Source of the DNA: Hyalangium minutum
GTDB taxonomy: Bacteria > Myxococcota > Myxococcia > Myxococcales > Myxococcaceae
Assembly: GCF_000737315.1 (NCBI RefSeq)
Contig: NZ_JMCB01000015.1
Span: forward strand, 62,001 to 126,000
Length of the DNA stretch: 64,000 nt
Direction: 5' to 3'
In this document: piece after piece, positions 1-9,073 of the stretch
Position numbering within the stretch: the stretch's first letter is position 1
Layout: each line of letters starts with the position of its first letter
Position numbers and translations under genes: made by a program
The notes under the pieces: model-generated
Database searches by the model: none
What the model was told of the DNA's origin: nothing
What the model saw: the letters and a program-made list of their open reading frames with translations, nothing else

Positions 1-3000
1 GTCCACCTGCTGGTACTCGAAGTGGAGCTGCCCCGACTGGATCCGGCCCAGATCCAGCAACTCGGTGACGAACCGCGACAGGCGGCGGTCCTCCCGCTCG
101 ATCATGTCGAACACCTTCGACTGCTGCGACGCGGGCACCTTCCCCTTCCGCAGGCATTGGACGGCCAGGTGCAGCGAGGTGGTGGGACCGCGGATCTCAT
201 GCGCCGCGATGGAGAGGAATTCCTCCCGGGCCCGCAGCGCCTCTTGGGCCCGCTGGTAGAGGTGGGCATTCTCCAGGGAGAGCACCGCGCGGCGGGCCAG
301 CTCCTCGACGAGCTCCAGGTCGGTCTGCTCGTACTTGCGGTGCGGCGAGGCGCGGCAGGTGAGCGCGCCCACCAGCCGTCCCTTCATCATCAGAGGCACG
401 CCCAGGTAGCAGGTGGAGGCCTCTGCGTAGATGAGCGGGTGTCCCGCGAGCACGGCTGGGTGGAGTTCCGGCGAGAGGGGCCTGTGCTCATCCCGTGAGA
501 CGGCGAGCAGCCGCCGAGGGCCCTCGCCGTTGAACAGATCGATCGCGCAGCCGTCGCCCAGGTGCTGCACCACGAGGTGGGCCACCCCCTCGAGAGCCTT
601 CTCCACATCGAGCGAGCCCAGCAGCCGCGCCGCTTCGGAGAGAAACAGTGCCCGCTGCAGCAGTTGCTCGCGCTCGGAGATGTCCCGGAAGCTCCACACC
701 CGGCCCACGATGGCGTCCCCCACGCGCTGGGGCCGCGAGTACCGCTCGAAGACCCGGCCGTCCTTGAACTGGATGCGGTCGACGGACTCCTGGCCCGGCC
801 GGGAGTAGCGCTCGTGGATGCACTGGATGAACTCCTCCCTGTCCTCGATCTGATCGAGCACGTAGGCGAGGAGCGGTGGCGCCTCTTGGCGCTGGGCGAG
901 CTCGGGCGGGATCCGCCACAGGCTCAGAAAGCGCTGGTTGTAGAGCACCACCCGCTTGTGAAGATCGACGACGAGGAGCCCGTCGGCGGTGGCCTCGATC
1001 GTGGCCTGGAGCAGCGAGTGCGACCGATCGCTCTGGTGGAGGGTCTCCTGCAGATCCCTCTGGAGCCAGGCGTTGTCGAGCGCCAATGCCATGCGGCGGC
1101 CCAGTTCCTGGGCCAGCGCGAGATCCGCCGACGTGTAGCGGCGGCCGGTGCGCGACAGGGCGAATGTGGCAACCCCGATCACTCTTCCCCGCGCGATGAG
1201 TGGGACGGTGATGACAGAGCAGGGGCTCAAGGACTGGACGCTCCGCACGTGTTGCTCGTCGCGGCCCGAGGCGCGGAGAAGCTCCTCGGTGACCTCGGAG
1301 ATCAGGAGGGATTTGCCGGACCTCAATGCCCGTGCCTGGGGCTGCGAAGAGTCCAGGTCGATCGGGTGGTTGCGATGCAGGGCCTCGACCTCCTGCACCT
1401 TGCTCGCGTCGACGTGAGCCCAGGAGACAGGCTGGAGCACCTCGTTCTCCAGGGCATCGATGAGGCACCAGTCCGCCAGCTGTGGGACGGCCACGGTGGC
1501 GAGCCGGGGCCGGAGCGCCTCGAGGCCCGGCGACTCGGCGAACTCGGCGCTCGCATTGGAGAGCAGGCGCAGCGAGGCCTCGACCCGCGCCCGCTCCGCG
1601 AAGAGCCGGCTGTTCTCCAGCGCGATGGCCATCTGGGCTGATAACAACCGGAGCATCTCGGCCCGCTCGGGCGCAAAGGCATCCCGCGAGAGGTTGTTCT
1701 CGAAGTAGAGGACCCCGAGCACCCGGTTCGCTCGGGCAATGGGCACCACCAGCACGGATCGCACGCTGTTCCCAGAAACATAAGGGTCCGCGGTGAAGCA
1801 TCCCTCGCGTGCCGCGTCCCCCAGCAAGAACACCTCTCGGGACCGGATGACGTGGCGGATGATCGAGATGGGAACCGAGCGCCCCTCCGCCAGTGGCCGC
1901 TGCTCCAGGAACACCTCGCGCCGGGCGGTCGCCGTGGCGCGGATGACGAACTCGCCCTCGTCCAGCACGAGCACCGCCCGCTCCGCTGCTGCAGCCTCCA
2001 CGCACGTGCGGACGAGCTTCTCCAGCAGCCGCTCGAAGTCCAGCTCCCCGGTAAGGGTCTCCGCGGTCTTGAGGAGCGTTAGGGAGTCGAGCGCAGGCGG
2101 GGCCCGGGGCGTGGTGAGCGCCCCAAGCTCTTCGCTGGCGCGGAGGCTGGGGAACTCCTGGTTCAGCAGTTCCACCTTGGCCGTGGCACCCCAGCGGGCG
2201 TACCCCACGAGCGCCGCGTTCAGGTGGGACTCCTGGAGCAACGCCTCGCCCCGCGCCGCGTGGAACCGTGCGCAGAGCTCGTGCGCGAGCGCCTCGTCCT
2301 GTTGGAACCCGCCTTGCCCCGCCTGCGCAATGGCCTTCTGGTAGAGCGCGAGCGCGGCATCGGGATGCTCTTCGAGACGCGCCAGCTCAGCCGCGACCAG
2401 GTCGTGCTTGTGTTGGTAGTTCGCGGGGGCATTCCGCGCCCAGGTCTCAAGTCGGCGCAGGTGCTGCCGCAGCTCGGTGAGGAGCGCTCCTTGCTCCACG
2501 GCCGGAGTCTGGAGATACAGCGCAGCCTGGGTGAGGGCGGTGTAGAAGAAGAAGTCGGTCTGGCAGAAGAGCGTCCGCAAGTACCGCAGCCATGGGGCCG
2601 ACTTCTTCGCGTACTCACGCGCGAGCGCGGGCTCGCCGAGCAGGTAGCACGTCTGGAGCCGGAGGAGATGGAACATGGCCTGTCCCAGGCCGTTCTCGGC
2701 TTTCTCTTGGAGGAAGGCCTCCTCGTGGAATCGCTCATCGTCGAAGAGGGACCTGCCACGTGTAAGTCCCTTGAGGCACTTCGCCGCCTGGGCATAGGGC
2801 TGGACGTAGGGAACGCCCAGGGCGTGGTGGATCTTGCGGTAGAAGGCCAGGGTCGACTGCGCCTCGGCGAGCACCTCTCCGAGCTCCGTGCCACGGCTCC
2901 ACAGCGCGAAGATGAGGTTCGCCTGCGCGTAGGCGGCGAACTGAAGCTCGCCCGCCTCGAGCCCGCAGGTGTATGAGCGGCGCAGCAGGGGCAGGGTCTC

Positions 3001-6000
3001 CGCGAGTGGGGCCCGCCAGGCGCTCACGTGGCCCGCGAAGCACATCAGCGTCCTGCACTCCTGCGCGGGGTTGGCCGAGCGCTCGGCCAGGCGCACTGCC
3101 AGCCCTCCGTACGTGTAGGCCTCCGGATAATCGCCGTCCATGGCCAGGGCCATCGCGTAGTACGCGTAAGCAACGGGGGAGTCCGGCGCCAGGCCACGCG
3201 TCGCCGTCAGCTCTGCAGCGCGGAAGCTGATGACCTGGAACTGCTCAGCATCCGTGAACCACGTGGAAGTCAAGGCGAGCAGGAGCTTGAGTCTCGCGCG
3301 GTCGCTTGGGTCCTCCAGCCGGCCCGCCTCGAGCAGCTCGTGCTCCAAGCGCGACTGAAGACAGGCCCGGGTGCGCTCCTTCTCGGCCTTCACGACCTCG
3401 GGCGGCACCTCGCCCGGCAGCTCCATTCCCAGCAGCCGGAGCCCCTCACGGCCGCAGCGGATGGCTTGGGCGTGGCGTCCCCGGACGACGTGCGCCTGCA
3501 CGTTGAGGGAATAGAGGGCCGCCTTTTCCAGGGCGGTCTCAGCACCCTTGAGGCCCTCGCGGACGAGCTGCACGCAGAGCTCCGGGTCGCCCGCAAGGTT
3601 GCCGCACTCGGCCGCGTCCCGCTGCAGCGTGAACCAGAGGGGGTGGAGCTCCGCGTGCGCGGCATCTGGGGGTAAGAGTGTGAGCCCGGCGCGAAAGTAG
3701 TCCAGCGCGCACTCATAAGCCGAGGTGGCGCGCGCCTGGCGGCCGGCCTGGTCATTGAGGCGCGCCAGGTGGATCCGCTCGTCCGGTGGCAGCCGATCCG
3801 CGGCCCGATTGAGCTGATCCACGATGGCGCAGATCGCGTCTTCGAGCTGCCCGGCCGGTGCGCTCCCGATGAGCCACTGTCCGATCCGAAGATGCAGCTT
3901 CTCGCGCCCTTCTTCCGGGAGTAGCTGGTAGGCGGCCTGTTGGATGCGGTCGTGCACGAAGCGATAGGTCGGTGTCACCGCCGTCCCGAGTTCGATGGGC
4001 TTATGGGCGGCCCAGGAGAAGCGCGGCCCCTCCTCGGTGGGGATGAGCAGTCCCTGCTGGATGGGAGGCCACAGCGCCCGGGCCACCTCCTCGAGAGGCT
4101 TCCCGAGAACCCGGGCGAGAACGCCGAGCTCGAAGCGGTTTCCGATGCACGCCGCTGTCTTGAGCATCTGCTGCGCCTCGGGGGGCAGCTTCTGGATGAC
4201 GCTTGAGAGCAGGTCCACGACGTTCGTGGTGACCTCCGCGGTGTCGATGCGCGCCAGATCCCAGGACCACTGGCCTCGGGAGGGCACGAAGCTGAGAAGC
4301 TCCTCCCGGTAGAGAAACTCGAGGAACCGGCGGACGAAGAAGGGATTGCCCGCCGTCTTCTGCGCGATCACTTGGGCCAGGGGCGTGGCCTGACCCGGGC
4401 TCACCCGCAGGGCGTCACACAACAGCGCCACCAGCGAAGGCACCTCCAAGGGGCCGAGCTTCATTTTCAAGACCGTGGTTCCTGCCTCCTCGATCGACTG
4501 CAGGGTGTGGGAGATGGGGTGGCCAGGTCCGACTTCTTCGCTGCGGTACGCGCACAGGATGAGCAGCGAGCGCGCATCGCCGCTCCCAGCGAGTGCGCGC
4601 AGCAGCTTCAGGGAGGGCAGATCCGTCCATTGCAGGTCATCGAGGAAGAGGACCAGGGGAGGGCCGCTGGCGCTCAGGGCGCGCACGAACGCCGCGAAGA
4701 CGAGGTGAAAGCGGTTCTCGGCCTCGATCGGGCCGACCTCCGCGGCGGGAGGCTGCTTCCCGAGGAGTGCTTCCAGGTCCGGGATCGTCTCCGTGAGGAC
4801 GCGGCCGTTCGGCGCGATGGCTTCCCCGAGGAGTTTCCGCAGCGAGACCAGGACCTCCAGAGGCTCCCGTAGCAGCTCTCGCACCAGCCCCCGGAACGCC
4901 TCGATGAAGGGCGCGTAGGGGAGATTGCCCCGGAGCTGGTCGCACTTGCCCGTCAGCCAGCGGCACCGCGTGTCGGTGCAGTCCCGCAGCCCGTACACGA
5001 GCGCTGACTTGCCAATGCCCGCGGGTCCGGTGACGACGAGGAGCTCCGAGGCCCCGGTGCTGGTGCGCTCGATGACCTGCTCCAGCTCCCGTGCCTCCCG
5101 CTCGCGGCCATAGAGCTTGCGGTGGAGAAACAGCCCATAAGGCACGTCGTGCCGGCCGAGCTCCATTCGGGGGATGGTGCCGCGGGCCTTCCACTGCCGG
5201 CGCATCTCCTCCAGATCCGCCGCGAGCGCCTCGGCGGTCTGATAGCGCCACTCCGGCATCTTGGAGAGGAGCTTCACGACCAGGTCCGAGACGGGGGTGG
5301 GGACCGTGGGCCGCACGACGGCGGGCGGATAGGGAGGGCGCGCCACGTGCGCGTGGACGACCTCCAATGGATCGTACGCAGGAAAGGGCGGCCCACCGGT
5401 CAACATCTCGTAGAAGGTGGCGCCCAGCGAGTACAGGTCCGCCCGGCGATCCACGAGGCGCTTCATCCGCCCCGTCTGTTCGGGCGCCATATAGGCGAGC
5501 GTTCCTTGAAGCTCTCCGGGCACCCCCGGCGCCTGGGCGAAGGCGGGCACCTCCGTGGCGGACTCGAAGTCCACCAGCGTCACCCGGGTCGGGCCTTCCC
5601 CCAGGACGAAGTTGGCCGGGCTGAGATCGCGGTGGATGACGCTCTTCCCGTGGAGCGCGCTGACGATGCCCGCCATGGGCAGGGCGAGCTCGAGGAACTC
5701 GCTGATGGGCAGCGGCCGTCCCGCCAGGGCCTCGGCGAGAGAGCGGGGCCCCGCATCCTCTAGGAGGAGCGCGGGCTGGCCCTGCAGGACACTCAGGCCG
5801 AGCGGCCGGGCGCTCCCCGGCACCTCCAGACGGCTGAGCAGCTCGTACTCATGCCGGAGCAGCAGGGCGCTATAAGGATCGGGCCGATCGGGCCGGAGGG
5901 ACTTGATGACGACGTCGGCACCGTCCTCACTGCGGCCGCGAAAGACCACAAACCGGTCGCCTGTGCAGAGCTGGCGCAGGTCCCTGTAGAGCTCGGCCAT
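1..6000 (-). CDS. Giant multidomain sensor: Ser/Thr kinase-like + P-loop NTPase + helical/TPR region + GAF-GAF-PAS-GAF + HisKA (3' end beyond left edge)
   Basis: Manual translation of the minus strand from ATG at 6000 (GGAG just upstream): VVIKS, IHRDLSPANF, LVDFES (kinase); VVTGPAGIGKS and LVLFLDDLQW (Walker A/B); LENSRL, LDNAWL, LENAHL GAF C-termini; FERYSRPQ..GRVWSFRDI (PAS/PAC); EFLSIAAHEIRGP (H-box). The + strand shadow ORFs from 22 to 5851 share one codon register, consistent with one continuous frame; not every codon was checked. Confidence 0.88.
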   Translation of the reverse strand, partial: MAELYRDLRQLCTGDRFVVFRGRSEDGADVVIKSLRPDRPDPYSALLLRHEYELLSRLEVPGSARPLGLSVLQGQPALLLEDAGPRSLAEALAGRPLPISEFLELALPMAGIVSALHGKSVIHRDLSPANFVLGEGPTRVTLVDFESATEVPAFAQAPGVPGELQGTLAYMAPEQTGRMKRLVDRRADLYSLGATFYEMLTGGPPFPAYDPLEVVHAHVARPPYPPAVVRPTVPTPVSDLVVKLLSKMPEWRYQTAEALAADLEEMRRQWKARGTIPRMELGRHDVPYGLFLHRKLYGREREARELEQVIERTSTGASELLVVTGPAGIGKSALVYGLRDCTDTRCRWLTGKCDQLRGNLPYAPFIEAFRGLVRELLREPLEVLVSLRKLLGEAIAPNGRVLTETIPDLEALLGKQPPAAEVGPIEAENRFHLVFAAFVRALSASGPPLVLFLDDLQWTDLPSLKLLRALAGSGDARSLLILCAYRSEEVGPGHPISHTLQSIEEAGTTVLKMKLGPLEVPSLVALLCDALRVSPGQATPLAQVIAQKTAGNPFFVRRFLEFLYREELLSFVPSRGQWSWDLARIDTAEVTTNVVDLLSSVIQKLPPEAQQMLKTAACIGNRFELGVLARVLGKPLEEVARALWPPIQQGLLIPTEEGPRFSWAAHKPIELGTAVTPTYRFVHDRIQQAAYQLLPEEGREKLHLRIGQWLIGSAPAGQLEDAICAIVDQLNRAADRLPPDERIHLARLNDQAGRQARATSAYECALDYFRAGLTLLPPDAAHAELHPLWFTLQRDAAECGNLAGDPELCVQLVREGLKGAETALEKAALYSLNVQAHVVRGRHAQAIRCGREGLRLLGMELPGEVPPEVVKAEKERTRACLQSRLEHELLEAGRLEDPSDRARLKLLLALTSTWFTDAEQFQVISFRAAELTATRGLAPDSPVAYAYYAMALAMDGDYPEAYTYGGLAVRLAERSANPAQECRTLMCFAGHVSAWRAPLAETLPLLRRSYTCGLEAGELQFAAYAQANLIFALWSRGTELGEVLAEAQSTLAFYRKIHHALGVPYVQPYAQAAKCLKGLTRGRSLFDDERFHEEAFLQEKAENGLGQAMFHLLRLQTCYLLGEPALAREYAKKSAPWLRYLRTLFCQTDFFFYTALTQAALYLQTPAVEQGALLTELRQHLRRLETWARNAPANYQHKHDLVAAELARLEEHPDAALALYQKAIAQAGQGGFQQDEALAHELCARFHAARGEALLQESHLNAALVGYARWGATAKVELLNQEFPSLRASEELGALTTPRAPPALDSLTLLKTAETLTGELDFERLLEKLVRTCVEAAAAERAVLVLDEGEFVIRATATARREVFLEQRPLAEGRSVPISIIRHVIRSREVFLLGDAAREGCFTADPYVSGNSVRSVLVVPIARANRVLGVLYFENNLSRDAFAPERAEMLRLLSAQMAIALENSRLFAERARVEASLRLLSNASAEFAESPGLEALRPRLATVAVPQLADWCLIDALENEVLQPVSWAHVDASKVQEVEALHRNHPIDLDSSQPQARALRSGKSLLISEVTEELLRASGRDEQHVRSVQSLSPCSVITVPLIARGRVIGVATFALSRTGRRYTSADLALAQELGRRMALALDNAWLQRDLQETLHQSDRSHSLLQATIEATADGLLVVDLHKRVVLYNQRFLSLWRIPPELAQRQEAPPLLAYVLDQIEDREEFIQCIHERYSRPGQESVDRIQFKDGRVFERYSRPQRVGDAIVGRVWSFRDISEREQLLQRALFLSEAARLLGSLDVEKALEGVAHLVVQHLGDGCAIDLFNGEGPRRLLAVSRDEHRPLSPELHPAVLAGHPLIYAEASTCYLGVPLMMKGRLVGALTCRASPHRKYEQTDLELVEELARRAVLSLENAHLYQRAQEALRAREEFLSIAAHEIRGPTTSLHLAVQCLRKGKVPASQQSKVFDMIEREDRRLSRFVTELLDLGRIQSGQLHFEYQQVD

Positions 6001-6219
6001 CTCCCAGGAAGATGGGGTTCGCCCTCCTGCCTGTCGATCCGCCCTGGTCGCACGGTTGCGCACATGTGCTTGCGGTGCTTCTGCGACATCAGCCCACCGG
6101 AAATCGTGCAACAAGGGCAGGGGAGCAGGCCTGAAAAAGTTACCCTGTTCCAGCCCTAATCATGCCCCCTGTTTCATGCAAGTGGCTGTAACTCCTGGGA
6201 GTTGGCGCAGAACAGGTGC

Positions 6220-6235
6220 TGGCCTCTGCCTTGCT
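6220..6235 (+). promoter_or_regulatory. Putative sigma-54 (-24/-12) promoter of the sigma-32-family gene
   Basis: TGGC-CTCTGCC-TTGCT fits TGGC-N7-TTGCW with exact spacing, 70 bp upstream of ATG 6306. Confidence 0.5.
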
Positions 6236-6305
6236 TAAGAGAGTCCTCGCAAGCGGTTCAGCGCAGTTTCTCCCCCCGTCCTCTTCATCGCCCCCGAGGG
6301 ACACC

Positions 6306-7190
6306 ATGCAGGCCTCCTCCTCTCTGAACTCCCCTGACTCTCTCTCCACGTACCTCTCCGAGATCAGCAAGTACCCGCTGCTCACGGTTCAGCAGGAGCA
6401 GGACCTGGCGCGGCGCTTCCGCGCAGGCGACTACCAGGCCGGCCACCAGCTGGTCACCGCCAACCTCCGCTTCGCCGTGAAGGTCTCCTACGAGTACCGC
6501 TCCTACGGCATCAAGGTCAGCGACCTCATCCAGGAGGCCAACATCGGCCTGATGAAGGCCGTGCAGAAGTTCGATCCGGACAAGGGCATCCGCCTCATCT
6601 CCTACGCGGTGTGGTGGATCCGCGCGTACATCCAGAACTACATCCTCAAGTCCTGGTCGCTCGTGAAGCTCGGCACCACCCAGGCTCAGCGCAAGCTCTT
6701 CTTCGCCCTGGCCCGCACCCGCCGCGAGCTCGAGAAGCTCGGCGGTGAGAACACCATCGTCGACGCCGAGGAGATCGCCCGCAAGCTGAACGTGAAGGCC
6801 TCCGACGTGCGCGAGATGGAGCAGCGCATGGGCGGCCGCGACCTGTCCCTCGACGCTCCGATCGGCGAGGACGGTGACTCCACGCACCTGGACTTCGTCG
6901 AGTCCGAGGGCGCTTCCCAGGTCGACGAGGTCGCCGACCGCCAGGAGGCCGATCAGACCCGCGCGCGCGTGCGCCAGGCCATGATGCGGCTCGACCCGCG
7001 CGAGCGCTTCATCATCGAGCAGCGCATCATGGGCGACCAGGAGATGACCCTGAGCGAGCTTGGCGAGCACTTCGGCTTCTCCCGCGAGCGCGCCCGCCAG
7101 CTGGAGATCCGCGCCAAGGACAAGCTCAAGACCGCCCTGGCCGAGATCATGGCCCAGGAGGCCGAGGGCCTGACCGCCGTCGCCGTGTAG
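6306..7190 (+). CDS. RNA polymerase sigma factor, sigma-32/RpoH family (myxobacterial SigB/SigC/SigE-like paralog)
   Basis: [30 protein letters not shown], RpoH-box-like [11 protein letters not shown], region 4 [20 protein letters not shown]; start placed at ATG 6306 after GAGGG. Confidence 0.93.
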   Translation: MQASSSLNSPDSLSTYLSEISKYPLLTVQQEQDLARRFRAGDYQAGHQLVTANLRFAVKVSYEYRSYGIKVSDLIQEANIGLMKAVQKFDPDKGIRLISYAVWWIRAYIQNYILKSWSLVKLGTTQAQRKLFFALARTRRELEKLGGENTIVDAEEIARKLNVKASDVREMEQRMGGRDLSLDAPIGEDGDSTHLDFVESEGASQVDEVADRQEADQTRARVRQAMMRLDPRERFIIEQRIMGDQEMTLSELGEHFGFSRERARQLEIRAKDKLKTALAEIMAQEAEGLTAVAV

Positions 7191-7208
7191 TTCCCCGGCG
7201 GTACTGCT

Positions 7209-8078
7209 TCACCCCTCCTCGAAGCGCTGAGGAGGCCGTGCCAGCGCGCGCTCCGCGGAGAGCCGCGCTTGATCGAGCGCGTCGAAGCCGCGCTCCAGCG
7301 TCGTCGGCGTCACCGGCGGCAGGTTCGAGGTGACGACGTACACGGGCACCTTCCGCCCCTCCAGGATGGACAGCTGCAGGCGGAAGTGGTCATGCCGCAG
7401 CGCCGCGGAGGCCGTCGCCAAGCCCTGCGCGTACACCAATGGCCCGCCCAGGATCTTCCGGGTGCGGCTGGGCAGGTAGTGCACCAGGATGGCGTCCAGC
7501 TCCTTGCCGATGGCGCTCTCGCTCAGCGCCAGCGCGGGCGCCTTGTCCACCAACCCTCCATCCCAGTAGTGGCTGTTGCCGATGGGCACCGCCCGGAACA
7601 GCCCCGGGTACGCGCAGGTGGCGTGGACGCGCGGCGCCAGCTCGCCCGTGGTGAACACGTCATGTGTGCCCTCGGTGAGGTTCGCCGCCACCAACAGCAG
7701 CGGGTGCGGCAGTTCCTCGAAATGGGGCACCGGCAGGTGCTCCTCCAGCAGCTTCCGGAAGCGCTCGCCCTTGAGCAGGCCCGTGAAGCCGTGGCCGCGC
7801 CGCGCATCCATCACCGCGCCGATCGGATCCGGATCCCAGAAGTTCTTCTTCGTCTGCTTCAGCAGCAGCTCCTCGAGCTTGCGCAGCGGCATGCCCGCCG
7901 CCGCGAACGCCGCCACCATGCCTCCCGCCGAGGTTCCGGCATACGCAGCCGGTTGGATGCCTGCGGCCGCCAGGCCCTTGAGGAACCCGGTGTGTCCGTA
8001 GAAGCCGAAGTAGCCGGCCGAGAGAACAAGCCCAATACGCTTGCCTTCGAGGTGCTGGAGAAGGGTGGTGGGAGGCAT
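7209..8078 (-). CDS. Patatin-like phospholipase
   Basis: Gly-rich LSAGYFGFYGHTG, nucleophile GTSAG, catalytic DGG; start moved to ATG 8078. Confidence 0.88.
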   Translation of the reverse strand: MPPTTLLQHLEGKRIGLVLSAGYFGFYGHTGFLKGLAAAGIQPAAYAGTSAGGMVAAFAAAGMPLRKLEELLLKQTKKNFWDPDPIGAVMDARRGHGFTGLLKGERFRKLLEEHLPVPHFEELPHPLLLVAANLTEGTHDVFTTGELAPRVHATCAYPGLFRAVPIGNSHYWDGGLVDKAPALALSESAIGKELDAILVHYLPSRTRKILGGPLVYAQGLATASAALRHDHFRLQLSILEGRKVPVYVVTSNLPPVTPTTLERGFDALDQARLSAERALARPPQRFEEG

Positions 8079-8150
8079 GCGGGCCCACATAGACGAGTGT
8101 CATGGCGTGGGCAACGCATTGCGTCGGGAATACGCTTGGCACCTCGGGTT

Positions 8151-8170
8151 GAATCGATATATGTTGATTC
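8151..8170. promoter_or_regulatory. 20-bp palindromic operator, SahR-type (ATCRA-N6-TYGAT)
   Basis: GAATCGATATATGTTGATTC matches its reverse complement at 16/20 positions; AT-rich in GC-rich context; 6 bp before the ArsR-methyltransferase ATG; overlaps a possible TTGGCA(8136)-N18-TATGTT(8160) promoter. Confidence 0.7.
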
Positions 8171-8176
8171 ACCGAT

Positions 8177-9073
8177 ATGGATGTTCTCTCCCAGTCCTTT
8201 CGCGTCCTTGGCGATGCGACACGGCTGCGGATCCTGCGCCTTGTGGCGCAGGCGCCGCTGAACGTGACGGAGCTGGTGTCCCTCGTGGGGGTGGCGCAGT
8301 CCTCGGTCTCCCACCATCTGGGCAAGCTCAAGGGTCTGGGCCTCATCCGCGAGGAGCGGCAGGCGGGCTACAGCTACTACTCGCTGGCGCTCGATCAGGA
8401 GGACGCACGCTGGCCTCTCATCCGCATGGCCCAGGAGGCCGAGGATGAGGACGGGGACTCCGCGCGGCTGAAGGATCTGCTGCGCGCCCGCGAGGATCGC
8501 CAGGCCCTCAACGAGCGCCTGCTGGAGCCCGGCCAGTCCTGGTTCCTCTGGGCCGGAGCGCTCGCCTCGCTGCTGCCGCCGCTGGACGTGGTGGACTTCG
8601 GCTGCGGCACCGGCACCCTCTCCGTGTCCATCGCCCGCTGGGCCCGGCGCGTCTGGGCGATTGATCAGAACCGCGAGGCGCTCGCCCAGGCGAAGGAGCG
8701 CGCCGCCCGCGAGGGCTGCACCAACATCCACTTCCTGTGCGAGGACTTGCACCGCCTCTCTCTGCCGAGCGCGGAGAGGGACTTGGTCGTCATCTCGCAG
8801 AGCCTTCACCACGTGGAGTCCCCCGGCGCGGTGCTGACCGAGGCGGCGCGGCTGCTCAAGCCCGGCGGCAAGCTGGTGGTGCTGGAGCTCATGCCCCACG
8901 ACGAGCGCTGGGTGCTCGACCGGCTGGGCCACAAGCACCTGGGGTTTGCCCCCGAGTTCCTCGAAGCCGCACTCGCCGAAGCAGGTTTTCAAACCATCAC
9001 CCGAGAGACGCACGCGCGGGACGGGGCCAGCCCCTTCCGCGTCTTTCTCCTCACCGGAGTCAAACCCGCATGA
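8177..9073 (+). CDS. sahR: ArsR-family HTH + SAM-methyltransferase-fold regulator (SahR-like)
   Basis: N-terminal LGDATRLRIL..LNVTEL..VAQSSVSHHL (ArsR), C-terminal VVDFGCGTG motif; ATGA overlap with metH. Confidence 0.8.
   Translation: MDVLSQSFRVLGDATRLRILRLVAQAPLNVTELVSLVGVAQSSVSHHLGKLKGLGLIREERQAGYSYYSLALDQEDARWPLIRMAQEAEDEDGDSARLKDLLRAREDRQALNERLLEPGQSWFLWAGALASLLPPLDVVDFGCGTGTLSVSIARWARRVWAIDQNREALAQAKERAAREGCTNIHFLCEDLHRLSLPSAERDLVVISQSLHHVESPGAVLTEAARLLKPGGKLVVLELMPHDERWVLDRLGHKHLGFAPEFLEAALAEAGFQTITRETHARDGASPFRVFLLTGVKPA

Noticed and set aside
6179-6191. IHF site upstream of the sigma-32 gene promoter
   Set aside because: Three mismatches to WATCAANNNNTTR; too weak to call.
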